Shown: positions 45,920 through 54,507, numbered from the stretch's first letter. The stretch: 64,000 nucleotides of DNA from an uncultured Salinisphaerales bacterium (GCA_964507195.1 CAZDPA010000001.1:19648-83647); one strand, 5' to 3'. The notes: a model not told the origin generated them from the letters alone. A program made the numbers and translations.

Positions 45920-47899
45920 TCAGTGCGCGAGGGCGGTAGAAGTCGAATCTCTCCACATCGCGGGAATGATTTCGGCTACCTCAGCCGGATCAATTAGAGT
46001 CGTAGGTTCCTCGCGAGGAACGAAAGTGAACTCAGACAAGCTGCCGCCTGGAACTTCGCGCACTCTTTCGCCGGCTTTCGCGACCAACGCGGTTGCGGGA
46101 CGGGTTCCACTAGAGGTCACGCCTCCTGTAATTCTGATTGAGTAGATTGTTGAGGCAGGGAGCACGCTCCCTGCCGCGGTAGTGAAAGTGCCACTTTGTA
46201 CTCGCCCGTCGATGGTAGTCCCACTCTTTAATCGAACGACATCGTCGTAAACGGAGATCGCGGTCTCAATGTCGAGCACTCGGCCATCCGCTACAAATCC
46301 TACAAGCGTTGGATTGCGGCGGGCAGTTGCGATTATCCGGTTATAGAGCTTCAGGGGATCTGCGTTCTGGTTCAGGGTCTTAATGATTGTCGTTGCAAGC
46401 GTCACTAGCGGGGCCGAGATGGAAGTGCCTTGTTCATAGACGACCTGTTGCCCCCCACGAAAAACGGGGACATGACAGCCGGGCGCGGCGATAGTGACTG
46501 AGGTTCCTCGGCCAGAGAACGAAGCCAGCTTGTTGCCGGGGACCAATGCCGCAACTGATATGAGCACGGCCCCGTTTGTATTCGAGAAGTTGGCCGGGAA
46601 TACATTCTCAGCTTCCACGTCACGCTTCGAATTCCCGGCTGCTGCAACGATTAGTTCCCGGCCATTCGAGACAACATTTGCGACAGTTTCGTCTTTGCTG
46701 CCGCTTTCCCAGCTCCAGTTAACGATGATTGGCGTTCTATCCGCCAAGCTCCTCGTATAGATAAGAGATTCGGCTAACCCTGCGGCAGGGATGTCAAAAT
46801 GGGCCCCCTGTGTAGCTGTGCTGAAGGTTCTCGATACGATCGAGAGCTGCTTCAATTCCACGAAGCGTTTAAGCAACATTCGATCCGAAAACAAACTGGT
46901 GCCCCCGGCGACGCTCGACACGGCTAGGCCGTGATAGCCCATATCGTAGTCCGAGAAAGCATTGGGAAAGCCCCCCTTTGCCGGGAGATTTGTTCCGACG
47001 GTGTCATTCGGGTATCCGTTGCCGTCTAAATCTGCAACGGGAGGTGATGGGCGCTCGCCCCGTTTAGTCGCCAGATTGAGGAGGCTCGAGTCATTCTCGG
47101 AGATTCCGGTATCGACGATCACCGCGATAGCAGGATCTCGTGATATCGGCCGTTCGGGATGAGTACTCACCTCATTCAGGTAGCGCCGAAGAGTCTCAGA
47201 TATGCGTGCCGAATCGATCGGCCACTTGGAGTCGGCCCCCGAGCAAAGTGCAACTTCTGCAGGGCTCAATACTGGCTTTAGCGCGGGTACAAGCTTGACC
47301 TGCGACCCTAGCTCTGCCCCGACTACGCCGGGCGAATCGGATAGCGCGGCAAGAAAGTCAGTTGAGCTGGCAAGCACGCCCGGCATCAATGGAAAGCTAA
47401 CTGCTTTGCCGATAAACGGGAATGTGAGCTTCTGACCAGGGATCAACTTGTTGAGATCCACACCCGGGTTCAATTCTTTCAGCCGCGCCTGAGTCTGAGG
47501 TCCATCTGATCCTATGAAACGAGCTGCCAACCCAAGCGTCGAATTGCCGGCGGGTACCGTAACAATCGTTTCTGCAGATCGATACGCGCAGGGGTATACC
47601 TTCAAGGTTCTTCTTTCCGTGGATTCGAGAACTGTAGCGTCATTGAGATCTCGCGCTTGCAATCTCAATGCTTCATCCGCATACCCGCATTGGCGTTTGA
47701 GAAATTGATCCAGAGTCTCGTTCTCAAATGCGTCGATGAGTGTTGGCTGCGCGATCTCAGCGATGCGCGAATTGACGGTTTGGACATCATCCAATCGCCA
47801 AGGTGAAACACTCACAGTTACCCAGTCATCGGAATATGCGCTCTGGCACGCGCAGATTCCCAAGATCAGTACGAACCCATGTCGCTTGTGGCCGTTCAA
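45920..47899 (-). CDS. Secreted subtilisin-like serine protease (S8) with N-terminal LysM-like domain
   Basis: Signal peptide MNGHKRHGFVLILGICACQSAYS. LysM-like TVPAGNSTLGLAARF...LKELNPGVDLNKLIPGQKLTFP. S8 triad contexts VIVDTGI (Asp), GYHGLAVSSVAGG (His), AAAGNS (oxyanion Asn) and GTSISAPLV (Ser). Confidence 0.88.
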   Translation of the reverse strand: MNGHKRHGFVLILGICACQSAYSDDWVTVSVSPWRLDDVQTVNSRIAEIAQPTLIDAFENETLDQFLKRQCGYADEALRLQARDLNDATVLESTERRTLKVYPCAYRSAETIVTVPAGNSTLGLAARFIGSDGPQTQARLKELNPGVDLNKLIPGQKLTFPFIGKAVSFPLMPGVLASSTDFLAALSDSPGVVGAELGSQVKLVPALKPVLSPAEVALCSGADSKWPIDSARISETLRRYLNEVSTHPERPISRDPAIAVIVDTGISENDSSLLNLATKRGERPSPPVADLDGNGYPNDTVGTNLPAKGGFPNAFSDYDMGYHGLAVSSVAGGTSLFSDRMLLKRFVELKQLSIVSRTFSTATQGAHFDIPAAGLAESLIYTRSLADRTPIIVNWSWESGSKDETVANVVSNGRELIVAAAGNSKRDVEAENVFPANFSNTNGAVLISVAALVPGNKLASFSGRGTSVTIAAPGCHVPVFRGGQQVVYEQGTSISAPLVTLATTIIKTLNQNADPLKLYNRIIATARRNPTLVGFVADGRVLDIETAISVYDDVVRLKSGTTIDGRVQSGTFTTAAGSVLPASTIYSIRITGGVTSSGTRPATALVAKAGERVREVPGGSLSEFTFVPREEPTTLIDPAEVAEIIPAMWRDSTSTALAH

Positions 47900-48693
47900 T
47901 GTCTACAGCCTGTTGCTTTGCCTGACAAGCCGCACAGGTCAATCTTGTTTTGCTCAGACCAGACTTTCAGGAACGTATTGGCCGATGAGCTCGAAAGATT
48001 TGCCAATCGCGAAGTATCTGATGCCTTCCCGGCACTCGTTAGTTCGACCTGAGAGTTAGCCGCGATCAAATACCGAGGGCTGTTGGCTGTGTCACCCGTC
48101 GCGAACGCTGCAGAACCACTATCGCCCCGGCAAAGAGCGGCGCCTCTATTTACTCGCACATATGTAGCTGCGCTCTCTGGAGGGCTGACTACATAGGCCT
48201 CTCCTTCTCTGAACTTGCCGTCCCGACCCGAGAAGTTGGATTTCGTGCATCCAAAGCCCGTTAGAAGCACTTCGGCATCCTTACCCATGCCCTTTCCCTG
48301 GGTGTCGATTACTTCATAAGGGGCAACGATCTCCTTGCTCAGTAAACATAGTGCTAGGTCGGGCGCGTCGTTGAAAAAATCTGACGCCGGAGTGCAAGTG
48401 GCCTGAACGTCGTTTGGTAAATTGACCGCCACTCCGGCCGGGACACAATGAGCTGCGGTTAGCAGTGCCTTGCTTGCGACTAACGTGGCCCCACAGTATT
48501 TATTTCCAATCACTGAAAACATCGACGCTGGATAGTCGCTCGTGCGCGCTATCCGTGCATTGATCAGTGCTGTCCCAGTGCCGTCTTGCTTGAGGTCGGA
48601 TACTGGAATGAACGAAATGCAATCCGCAGATTTGGCAGAAGGCATTGATACAAACAATGCTGAGGCCACGGCCACTATCAGCAATCGATTCAC
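47896..48693 (-). CDS. Secreted trypsin-like serine protease (S1)
   Basis: Signal peptide MNRLLIVAVASALFVSMPSAKSA. LLTAAHCV (His), PDLALCLL (Asp) and CRGDSGSAAF (Ser). Its stop overlaps the S8 start by 4 nt (47896-47899). Confidence 0.88.
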   Translation of the reverse strand: MNRLLIVAVASALFVSMPSAKSADCISFIPVSDLKQDGTGTALINARIARTSDYPASMFSVIGNKYCGATLVASKALLTAAHCVPAGVAVNLPNDVQATCTPASDFFNDAPDLALCLLSKEIVAPYEVIDTQGKGMGKDAEVLLTGFGCTKSNFSGRDGKFREGEAYVVSPPESAATYVRVNRGAALCRGDSGSAAFATGDTANSPRYLIAANSQVELTSAGKASDTSRLANLSSSSANTFLKVWSEQNKIDLCGLSGKATGCRH

Positions 48694-48698
48694 GATCG

Positions 48699-50033
48699 CT
48701 ACTCCGCCGCTGCCCCGCCTGCTGCTGCAGTGCCACCGCCACCTGCCGGAGCAATAAGTCCCTTCAGCCTCCCTTCGACGCCATCTCCCAGGAAGGCCCA
48801 GGAAACGGAGAAGAAGAAGGCGGCTTCATTTCTTGAGTCCATTGGATCGATGGATTCGCCGACCGGGATGACATCGCCGTCTTTGAGACCCCGTGGAAGA
48901 ACATCGACCTTCCCAATATTCCCGCCTAGTGTTACGAACAACTGGTTTTGCCAAATCAGCGATACGCCAATGAGGTAGTTCAGGTCGCTAGAGTTGTTGT
49001 TGTAGGCGAGTCCAAATGTTCCGCCGAACGCCGGAGACAGCGTACTGCTCCGATTGAAGTTCCATGCTGGATCGGTCACATGGAGCATTGCGCCCAATCC
49101 CAGCGCCCAGTCGTCGTCGGCGCCCGAATTGCGACGGACAAATTGTTCCGCGACAGCGCTACCGTCTGGAGCGGGTGTAGGGGACGTCCGCGTGCCCAAC
49201 GTGTACTTATCGCTGACCAGCTTGGAAACTACGAATGCGCCGGCTGGGATGATGGACAATTCGGATGGAATCGGGGTGAATACGACAGTTGTATATGAAC
49301 TTAATTCTGTCGCCTTGTCGTCCTTGAGGACTATCTTGATTGGTTCTTCGCGCTCGTAACGAGCAAGGGCGGCTTCAAGGGCATCTCGCGCCCTTGTGTA
49401 CTTGATGATCGAAGCGGTGCTGATCGTCGTATCGGCATTCGAATCTGCGGCCTCCATCGACGCCTTCTCGTCCAGGTACGGGCCGTATTCCTCTAGATTT
49501 TCAGGACTTGCGCCGAACGCAGCGATTGCGTCCACAAGGGCTTGCGGTTCGGCAACGTTCCGCTCGATCTGAACAGCGTATCCGGCAATCCCTTCGGAAT
49601 GCACAATAATCTCCGACTCCAACTTGTCTCCACCGGCGGTTGGATCGCATTCGATGCCGCTCTCGATCAACGCGACCAACGCCGTCGTCTTCGTATTTAG
49701 GTCCGCGACTACTGCGTTGACCAATTCGTCAATGGATGCCGCTTCTGTGCTCGTGTCCTGTGTCGCTTGGTCAGTTCGTTTTGGGCGAACAGGTTTTGCT
49801 CCAATGACACTGAGCTTGAAATGACTAGCGCAAGTATTGATGACCTGAATCTTGAACTTGTCGTTCTTCTTCAGATCTAGCTGATTGCTTAGCGGGCTGC
49901 GATTGGAATGATCAATTTGAGCAATTTGAATCACTGGCGCAGGAGTGTTGCTTGGTGAATCTTCCGCATGAACAACAAGCGGCACGAGAAAGCCCACAGC
50001 TAAGACCGCCTGCGAAACGCTAATGTGATTCAT
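48699..50033 (-). CDS. Hypothetical secreted protein with beta-barrel-like C-terminal half
   Basis: The likely start is the ATG at 50033 (MNHISVSQAVLAVGFLVPLVVHAEDS signal peptide). The C-terminal ~170 aa shows alternating-hydrophobic strands (LGLGAMLHV, FGGTFGLAY, YLIGVSLIW, AAFFFSVSWAF), then a Gly/Ala tail. No family recognised. Ends 6 nt before the S1 start. Confidence 0.65.
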   Translation of the reverse strand: MNHISVSQAVLAVGFLVPLVVHAEDSPSNTPAPVIQIAQIDHSNRSPLSNQLDLKKNDKFKIQVINTCASHFKLSVIGAKPVRPKRTDQATQDTSTEAASIDELVNAVVADLNTKTTALVALIESGIECDPTAGGDKLESEIIVHSEGIAGYAVQIERNVAEPQALVDAIAAFGASPENLEEYGPYLDEKASMEAADSNADTTISTASIIKYTRARDALEAALARYEREEPIKIVLKDDKATELSSYTTVVFTPIPSELSIIPAGAFVVSKLVSDKYTLGTRTSPTPAPDGSAVAEQFVRRNSGADDDWALGLGAMLHVTDPAWNFNRSSTLSPAFGGTFGLAYNNNSSDLNYLIGVSLIWQNQLFVTLGGNIGKVDVLPRGLKDGDVIPVGESIDPMDSRNEAAFFFSVSWAFLGDGVEGRLKGLIAPAGGGGTAAAGGAAAE

Positions 50034-50278
50034 GTGAATGCGCCCCCCAGCGCTAAAACAAGTACCGACTCCCCGAACAGCGTGCGCACCTTGCCCCAAC
50101 AAATTTATCGTCGTCCCATTAGATGCAACTGTCAACTTACACAGGCGAGCGTGATACTCAAGCGCACTGCCAAACTAGAGCATTCGTCCAATATTGTAAG
50201 AAATCTCCCAACCCTAAATAGGGGATGTAAAGCGCATAGCAGCCGTGACGTCACTCCGGAGTTGGATAGCACAGCGAT

Positions 50279-50608
50279 TTAGACTCCGATCCGATTGGCA
50301 AGGAGTCCCGACTGCGCTAGCGCTTCTTGCAATGCAAAGCCTGACTTCATGGGAACGTAGTTCTTCCTAAACTGCGCATCTATTCCCCTATATAGGGGGT
50401 GCAGGCCCAGGGAGGTCAGATGCGCAAGGAACCCAGCGATCAGCCTGCCTGCGCGAGATTTACACTCGGCGTGCGATAACGTTATTGCATGAATCCTTAA
50501 GAGCAAAGGAAGATCGATGCTGCTAACGCGTCTATGAGTGGCGGCATACTTCTGCCGCGGCGGTACAGCGTGGAGATAGCCTGTGGACTGGGTTGTAACT
50601 GATGACAT
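50279..50608 (-). CDS. Hypothetical protein (doubtful)
   Basis: The ORF-track 139-aa frame is trimmed to the internal ATG (MSSVTTQST...). No motif recognised. Its 5' end collides with the divergent YaaC-like gene start. Confidence 0.25.
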   Translation of the reverse strand: MSSVTTQSTGYLHAVPPRQKYAATHRRVSSIDLPLLLRIHAITLSHAECKSRAGRLIAGFLAHLTSLGLHPLYRGIDAQFRKNYVPMKSGFALQEALAQSGLLANRIGV

Positions 50609-51749
50609 TTTGAAGGAAACCTGGAGCAGGCTTCTGGAGTTCGCGAATATTGATGTTGCAGTCAATGCAATTGCCAGTAGGCATGGACCAGCCAGCACTT
50701 CAGCTCTGCGACAAAACTACCAAAAGCAGGCCCAGCAGATTAGATCCTGTCTCTTGCAATCGCGGGAGTACTTTGAGGCAGCCTCGATCAGTTCGTTAAT
50801 TACGAGCCCAAACCACGCCTACTATGGCTTGGTGGCTCTAGCATCGAGCATCATGCTCATGAGAGGCGATGGAGGTAAATCGCTCGACATTGTTCGGCAG
50901 GACAGATCGAACAGAAACCACGGGATGTCGTTCTCAACCAGTATTCGAAGAACATCGGCAATTTCTGATCTGAAAATATTGAAGGACAGCTTTATCGAAG
51001 TACGTCCTTCTGGAAATCTGTCTATCTGGTATGAAGTGTTGCCAGAGAAAATTCTGAACTGCGGAAAGACGATGCGTGTCGGTGAAAAATCAACACACAC
51101 CACGTTCGGCGTGGTAGGAGTTACCCCTTCGTTACCATTCGCGAAACTCGTGGGGACGAAGAAAAGTGTGCTCGATCTAATGAAGTACTGCCCAGATTTG
51201 AACGGCGAACTCCGGCGATACGGAGTTAGTCCGACTTGTTCGCGATTCAATCACGAAAAGTCTATATTCGTCAGAGACGGTAAGGTATTGGACAGCTGGT
51301 CTATCCACGGCGCAGGTTCGCCAAGTGCGCTCGAAGAACTGCTGAAGGCATTTAAGGTTTCTGCACGAAACATTGGCTCGATGTCTGTCAACATGGAAGA
51401 TGGAGACAATGGCGGAATTATCAGCTACGAATTCAAAAGAGAGGATTTCCCGATAGCGCTTAACTTTCCGAGCTCTAGAGTATCTCTAAGCTTAGAGAAC
51501 ATCTGCTATGCGGATGAAATAGACACGCACGAGTTCGTGGACATGTATATGACCGCATTCGGACTAAGCATGCTAGCTCGGTATTTTCCTGATTTATGGG
51601 TATCGTGCCTTGAGTCCAACTGTTTGTCTGCGAAGTTAATTGAGAAATTGTCCGCAGTCTTAGTGAAGAAGGCGCCTATGCTCGGCTTGTCTCTTCTTTC
51701 GGGGCGAGAATGCTTTATTAGCACTCACAGACAGCCATGGGCTCCATAG
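50583..51749 (+). CDS. YaaC-like family protein
   Basis: 388 aa. N-terminal QQIRSCLLQSREYFEAASISSLITSPNHAYYGLVALASSIMLMR and C-terminal FVDMYMTAFGLSMLARYFPDLW resemble the conserved N- and C-terminal blocks of YaaC-like proteins, recalled from memory rather than searched. Start is the GTG at 50583 or the TTG at 50610. Confidence 0.55.
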   Translation: MDWVVTDDILKETWSRLLEFANIDVAVNAIASRHGPASTSALRQNYQKQAQQIRSCLLQSREYFEAASISSLITSPNHAYYGLVALASSIMLMRGDGGKSLDIVRQDRSNRNHGMSFSTSIRRTSAISDLKILKDSFIEVRPSGNLSIWYEVLPEKILNCGKTMRVGEKSTHTTFGVVGVTPSLPFAKLVGTKKSVLDLMKYCPDLNGELRRYGVSPTCSRFNHEKSIFVRDGKVLDSWSIHGAGSPSALEELLKAFKVSARNIGSMSVNMEDGDNGGIISYEFKREDFPIALNFPSSRVSLSLENICYADEIDTHEFVDMYMTAFGLSMLARYFPDLWVSCLESNCLSAKLIEKLSAVLVKKAPMLGLSLLSGRECFISTHRQPWAP

Positions 51750-51976
51750 AGTGCGATGTTCCACCACAGCGTGTGGAGGTTTTTGTCTGAGGACTGTGGG
51801 AGATCGGGCTTGCCCCTGTTGTCCCGGCGAACAACGCAGGCGCGCTGCCGGCAAGTTGTAGTGTCAGGCGACACGGGGATTTCGACTGCGATCCCGCGCG
51901 ATGCTGGCGGCGCATTGCGTGCCGGCCAACGACTCATGGGCCATCCGAAGGTGCCCGCGAGATCGATTTCGATTGA

Positions 51977-52079
51977 GGGATTTTTTAAAGCGATCCCGGA
52001 TTTTCAGACGCAGCGCAAGCCGCAGAAGTCATGAGGCATCTGTGACAATTCGTCAGGGATCTTTAAAGCAATTCCTCGG
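51977..52079. repeat. Pair of imperfect ~23-nt direct repeats
   Basis: GGGATTTTTTAAAGCGATCCCGG (51977-51999) and GGGATCTTTAAAGCAATTCCTCGG (52056-52079), with shared core GGGATyTTTAAAGCrATyCC. They lie in non-coding DNA between the YaaC-like gene and the IS remnant. Confidence 0.5.
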
Positions 52080-52295
52080 CTCAGTCACAGTTGACGAGAT
52101 ACTTCCGAGGATGCTTAACTTCCTGACATGAAAGAATATTTTCAAGTTCAGGAAATGGTGGCCGGGGACGCCACCGAAATAGCCACCCAAGTAGCTGATA
52201 AAACGCGTCAATCAGCTGACGTTTTAGAGCATATACCGGCAGATCTACCGTTATGGGGCAAACTAGATTCAGCCTGCGCGAAATAGGCGTGGTCA

Positions 52296-52548
52296 AGTAC
52301 AACCGAAGCCCCGTGCGCCGGTCCTTGGCCGGACGTCTTGCATCAGCCTCCAGCGCCTGGAGCAGCCAGTCTGCATGGGCATCGAGTTTGCGCGGCCCGG
52401 CGGGCCGCTCGTACTTCATCTCACTGCGTGCTGGCTCGTTGAGCCACTTCTTGACCGTGTTTCTCGTCAGACTGGTTCGCCGGGCAATCTCGCTGATCGA
52501 CAGGCCATCCCGGAACCGCATTCGCCGCACTTTTGCGTACATCGCCAT
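52296..52548 (-). pseudogene. istA: IS21-family transposase (IstA) N-terminal remnant
   Basis: MAMYAKVRRMRFRDGLSISEIARRTSLTRNTVKKWLNEPARSEMKYERPAGPRKLDAHADWLLQALEADARRPAKDRRT matches the HTH N-terminus of IS21-family IstA. Similarity ends after about 85 residues, and the catalytic DDE region and istB are missing. Confidence 0.8.
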
Positions 52549-52787
52549 GGTGTGCACCTCGTCTTCCTGCTGGGGCTGAAACCCGCAGGCTAGTGAAGAA
52601 CATCCTGGTCAATTTTCAACGCGCGGCAGGCCAGGGCGCCCGAGATGACGGTCAGGTCTGCAATGCGGCGCCTTCTCAGTTCTCTCGCTCCACGACAATG
52701 CAACAAAGCGCCCAACATATTTGTCACTCTCGGCGCAAACATCTGGAGCCATTCTTTTCTGGTTGTGCGGGCTTTCCGCTCCTGACA
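52296..52787 (-). mobile_element. Truncated IS21-family element (left end plus 5' part of istA)
   Basis: The outer boundary is inferred from the reverse-strand TGTCAGGAGCGG starting at 52787 (IS21-type ends begin TGT...). The inner boundary is the point where IstA similarity stops. The end assignment is tentative. Confidence 0.45.
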
Positions 52788-52811
52788 CGCGTTGTTGAAG
52801 TGTACTTGCGT

Positions 52812-52833
52812 AATCTTATGCACGTGCATAAGA
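52812..52833. promoter_or_regulatory. Perfect 22-bp palindrome ATCTTATGCACGTGCATAAGAT (operator candidate)
   Basis: Read directly; it is self-complementary over all 22 positions. It lies 60 nt upstream of the esterase ATG and about 25 nt from the presumed IS end. Confidence 0.55.
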
Positions 52834-52893
52834 TATGCAAATCAGCAGCCTGAAAAAGGCGCTACTGCATCAAAAGCAGGAGGAGATCAGTGC

Positions 52894-54507
52894 ATGAAGC
52901 AGCGGGCTGTTCATCTGATTTATGGACGTCACGGCGGATGCCTAAGGGCGGTCTTGCTCCTTTCTGCATTCGCCGCTATGGCCTGCACGCCGAAAATCGA
53001 ACCAGAGCCAGAGCCCGCCGCGACGGCAAGTTTGCGCACCACAGCCGGGGTGCTGCGGGGCGGTGTCTCGACAGAAAACATTGCCTCATTCCGCAACATT
53101 CCTTACGCGGCTCCGCCGATTGGCCCACTCCGCTGGAGAGCGCCGCAGCCCGCGTTGCAATGGAGCACTGAACGTGAAGCGAGACGCTTTGGCAACGATT
53201 GCCTTCAGAACCGCGAGGCTTGGGATCGCGCCAGCTCAGCCCAGCCGCTGAGTGAAGACTGCCTCTATTTAAATGTCTGGACGGCATGGCCACTGGCGCC
53301 GTCGGCACCGCGTCCGGTCATGGTCTGGATTCACGGCGGCGGTCTGGCCAGTGGCACTGGGAATTCGCCGCTGTCTTACGGACAACAACTGGCCGAGCGT
53401 GGGGTGGTGTTGGTGACCTTCAACTATCGCCTCGGCCGGTTTGGATTCTTTGCGCATCCAGCCTTACGTGACACATCGTTAGCGGAGCCAATCGGCAACT
53501 ACGGCTTGATGGATCAACTCGCTGTGTTGAAGTGGGTTAAGGCGAACATCAGTGCGTTTGGCGGGGATCCGGGCAACGTAACCGTATTCGGTGAGTCAGC
53601 GGGCGGGCTGTCGGTACTGCAGCTGATGCTCACGCCTTCGGCGCGCGGTCTGTTCCACAAGGCGATCGTCCAATCGGGAGGCGGGCGTCTGCCTATGGCA
53701 AGACTACGCGAGGACTTGCCCAGTAACCCCTCTGCTGAAACTCGTGGCCGCAAGTTCGCCGAATCGGTCGGTTTGAGAGACGCGACCGCGACGGCTCTGC
53801 GCGCGCTGCCGGCCGAAACGGTACTCGGCAAGATCAGTTTGATCGAGTGGGACAAGGCGCAATGGACAGGGCTTGCCGTCAACGGCATTGACGTTCAAAG
53901 CGAGGCGGTCGCAGGCTTCGTTGCTGGGCGGCAGATGAGAATTCCGCTGCTGATCGGAGCCAATGGGGCAGAGTTCAGCGGCCTACCGGGCTTCATCCTC
54001 AGCCGCATCAATCGCGATCTCGAACCGTTGCTGGGCGCGGGTGTTGAATCGGTGAGGCGCGCCTACAGCGATGAAGACGCCTTTGAGCGCAACTTGTCCA
54101 GCGATTTTGGCTTTGTCGAGCCTGCACGGACGATCGCAGCCGCAGCCTCCGCAGTCCAGCCAACCTACCTGTACCGCTTCAACTATGTAGCCGAATCTCG
54201 CCGCAAGGACTCGCGCGGTGCGGGACATGCGTCCGACGTCGCCTACATCTTCGGTCGTTTGCAAGCAACTGGTCACGAAATCGTCGAGGCGGACCGCGCG
54301 TTCTCGCGTCTTCTGAGCGACTACTGGACGACATTCGCGAAGACCGGGGTTCCAGCCGTTCCCGGGCGTTCCGCTTGGCAGCCCTACAGCAAGAGCAACG
54401 ATCAGCTATACGAGTTCGGGCTTCACGGCGAGACGACGATGAAGCCGGCCGCCGCGCCTTGGATTGATGCAATTACGCGCGTGATGGCGTCTGGCGATTC
54501 GCACTGA
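52894..54507 (+). CDS. Carboxylesterase type B family lipoprotein
   Basis: AGGAGGAG precedes the ATG at 52894. Lipobox-like AAMAC. VMVWIHGGGLASG oxyanion region and FGESAGG nucleophile motif. Confidence 0.9.
   Translation: MKQRAVHLIYGRHGGCLRAVLLLSAFAAMACTPKIEPEPEPAATASLRTTAGVLRGGVSTENIASFRNIPYAAPPIGPLRWRAPQPALQWSTEREARRFGNDCLQNREAWDRASSAQPLSEDCLYLNVWTAWPLAPSAPRPVMVWIHGGGLASGTGNSPLSYGQQLAERGVVLVTFNYRLGRFGFFAHPALRDTSLAEPIGNYGLMDQLAVLKWVKANISAFGGDPGNVTVFGESAGGLSVLQLMLTPSARGLFHKAIVQSGGGRLPMARLREDLPSNPSAETRGRKFAESVGLRDATATALRALPAETVLGKISLIEWDKAQWTGLAVNGIDVQSEAVAGFVAGRQMRIPLLIGANGAEFSGLPGFILSRINRDLEPLLGAGVESVRRAYSDEDAFERNLSSDFGFVEPARTIAAAASAVQPTYLYRFNYVAESRRKDSRGAGHASDVAYIFGRLQATGHEIVEADRAFSRLLSDYWTTFAKTGVPAVPGRSAWQPYSKSNDQLYEFGLHGETTMKPAAAPWIDAITRVMASGDSH

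Noticed and set aside
40000-52300. Search of the island for gasdermin-like, NTPase (STAND/NACHT/AAA), nuclease, TIR, reverse transcriptase, CRISPR-repeat or integrase genes
   Set aside because: None was found in any frame by eye. The absence is noted as part of the novelty argument, but it needs profile-HMM confirmation.
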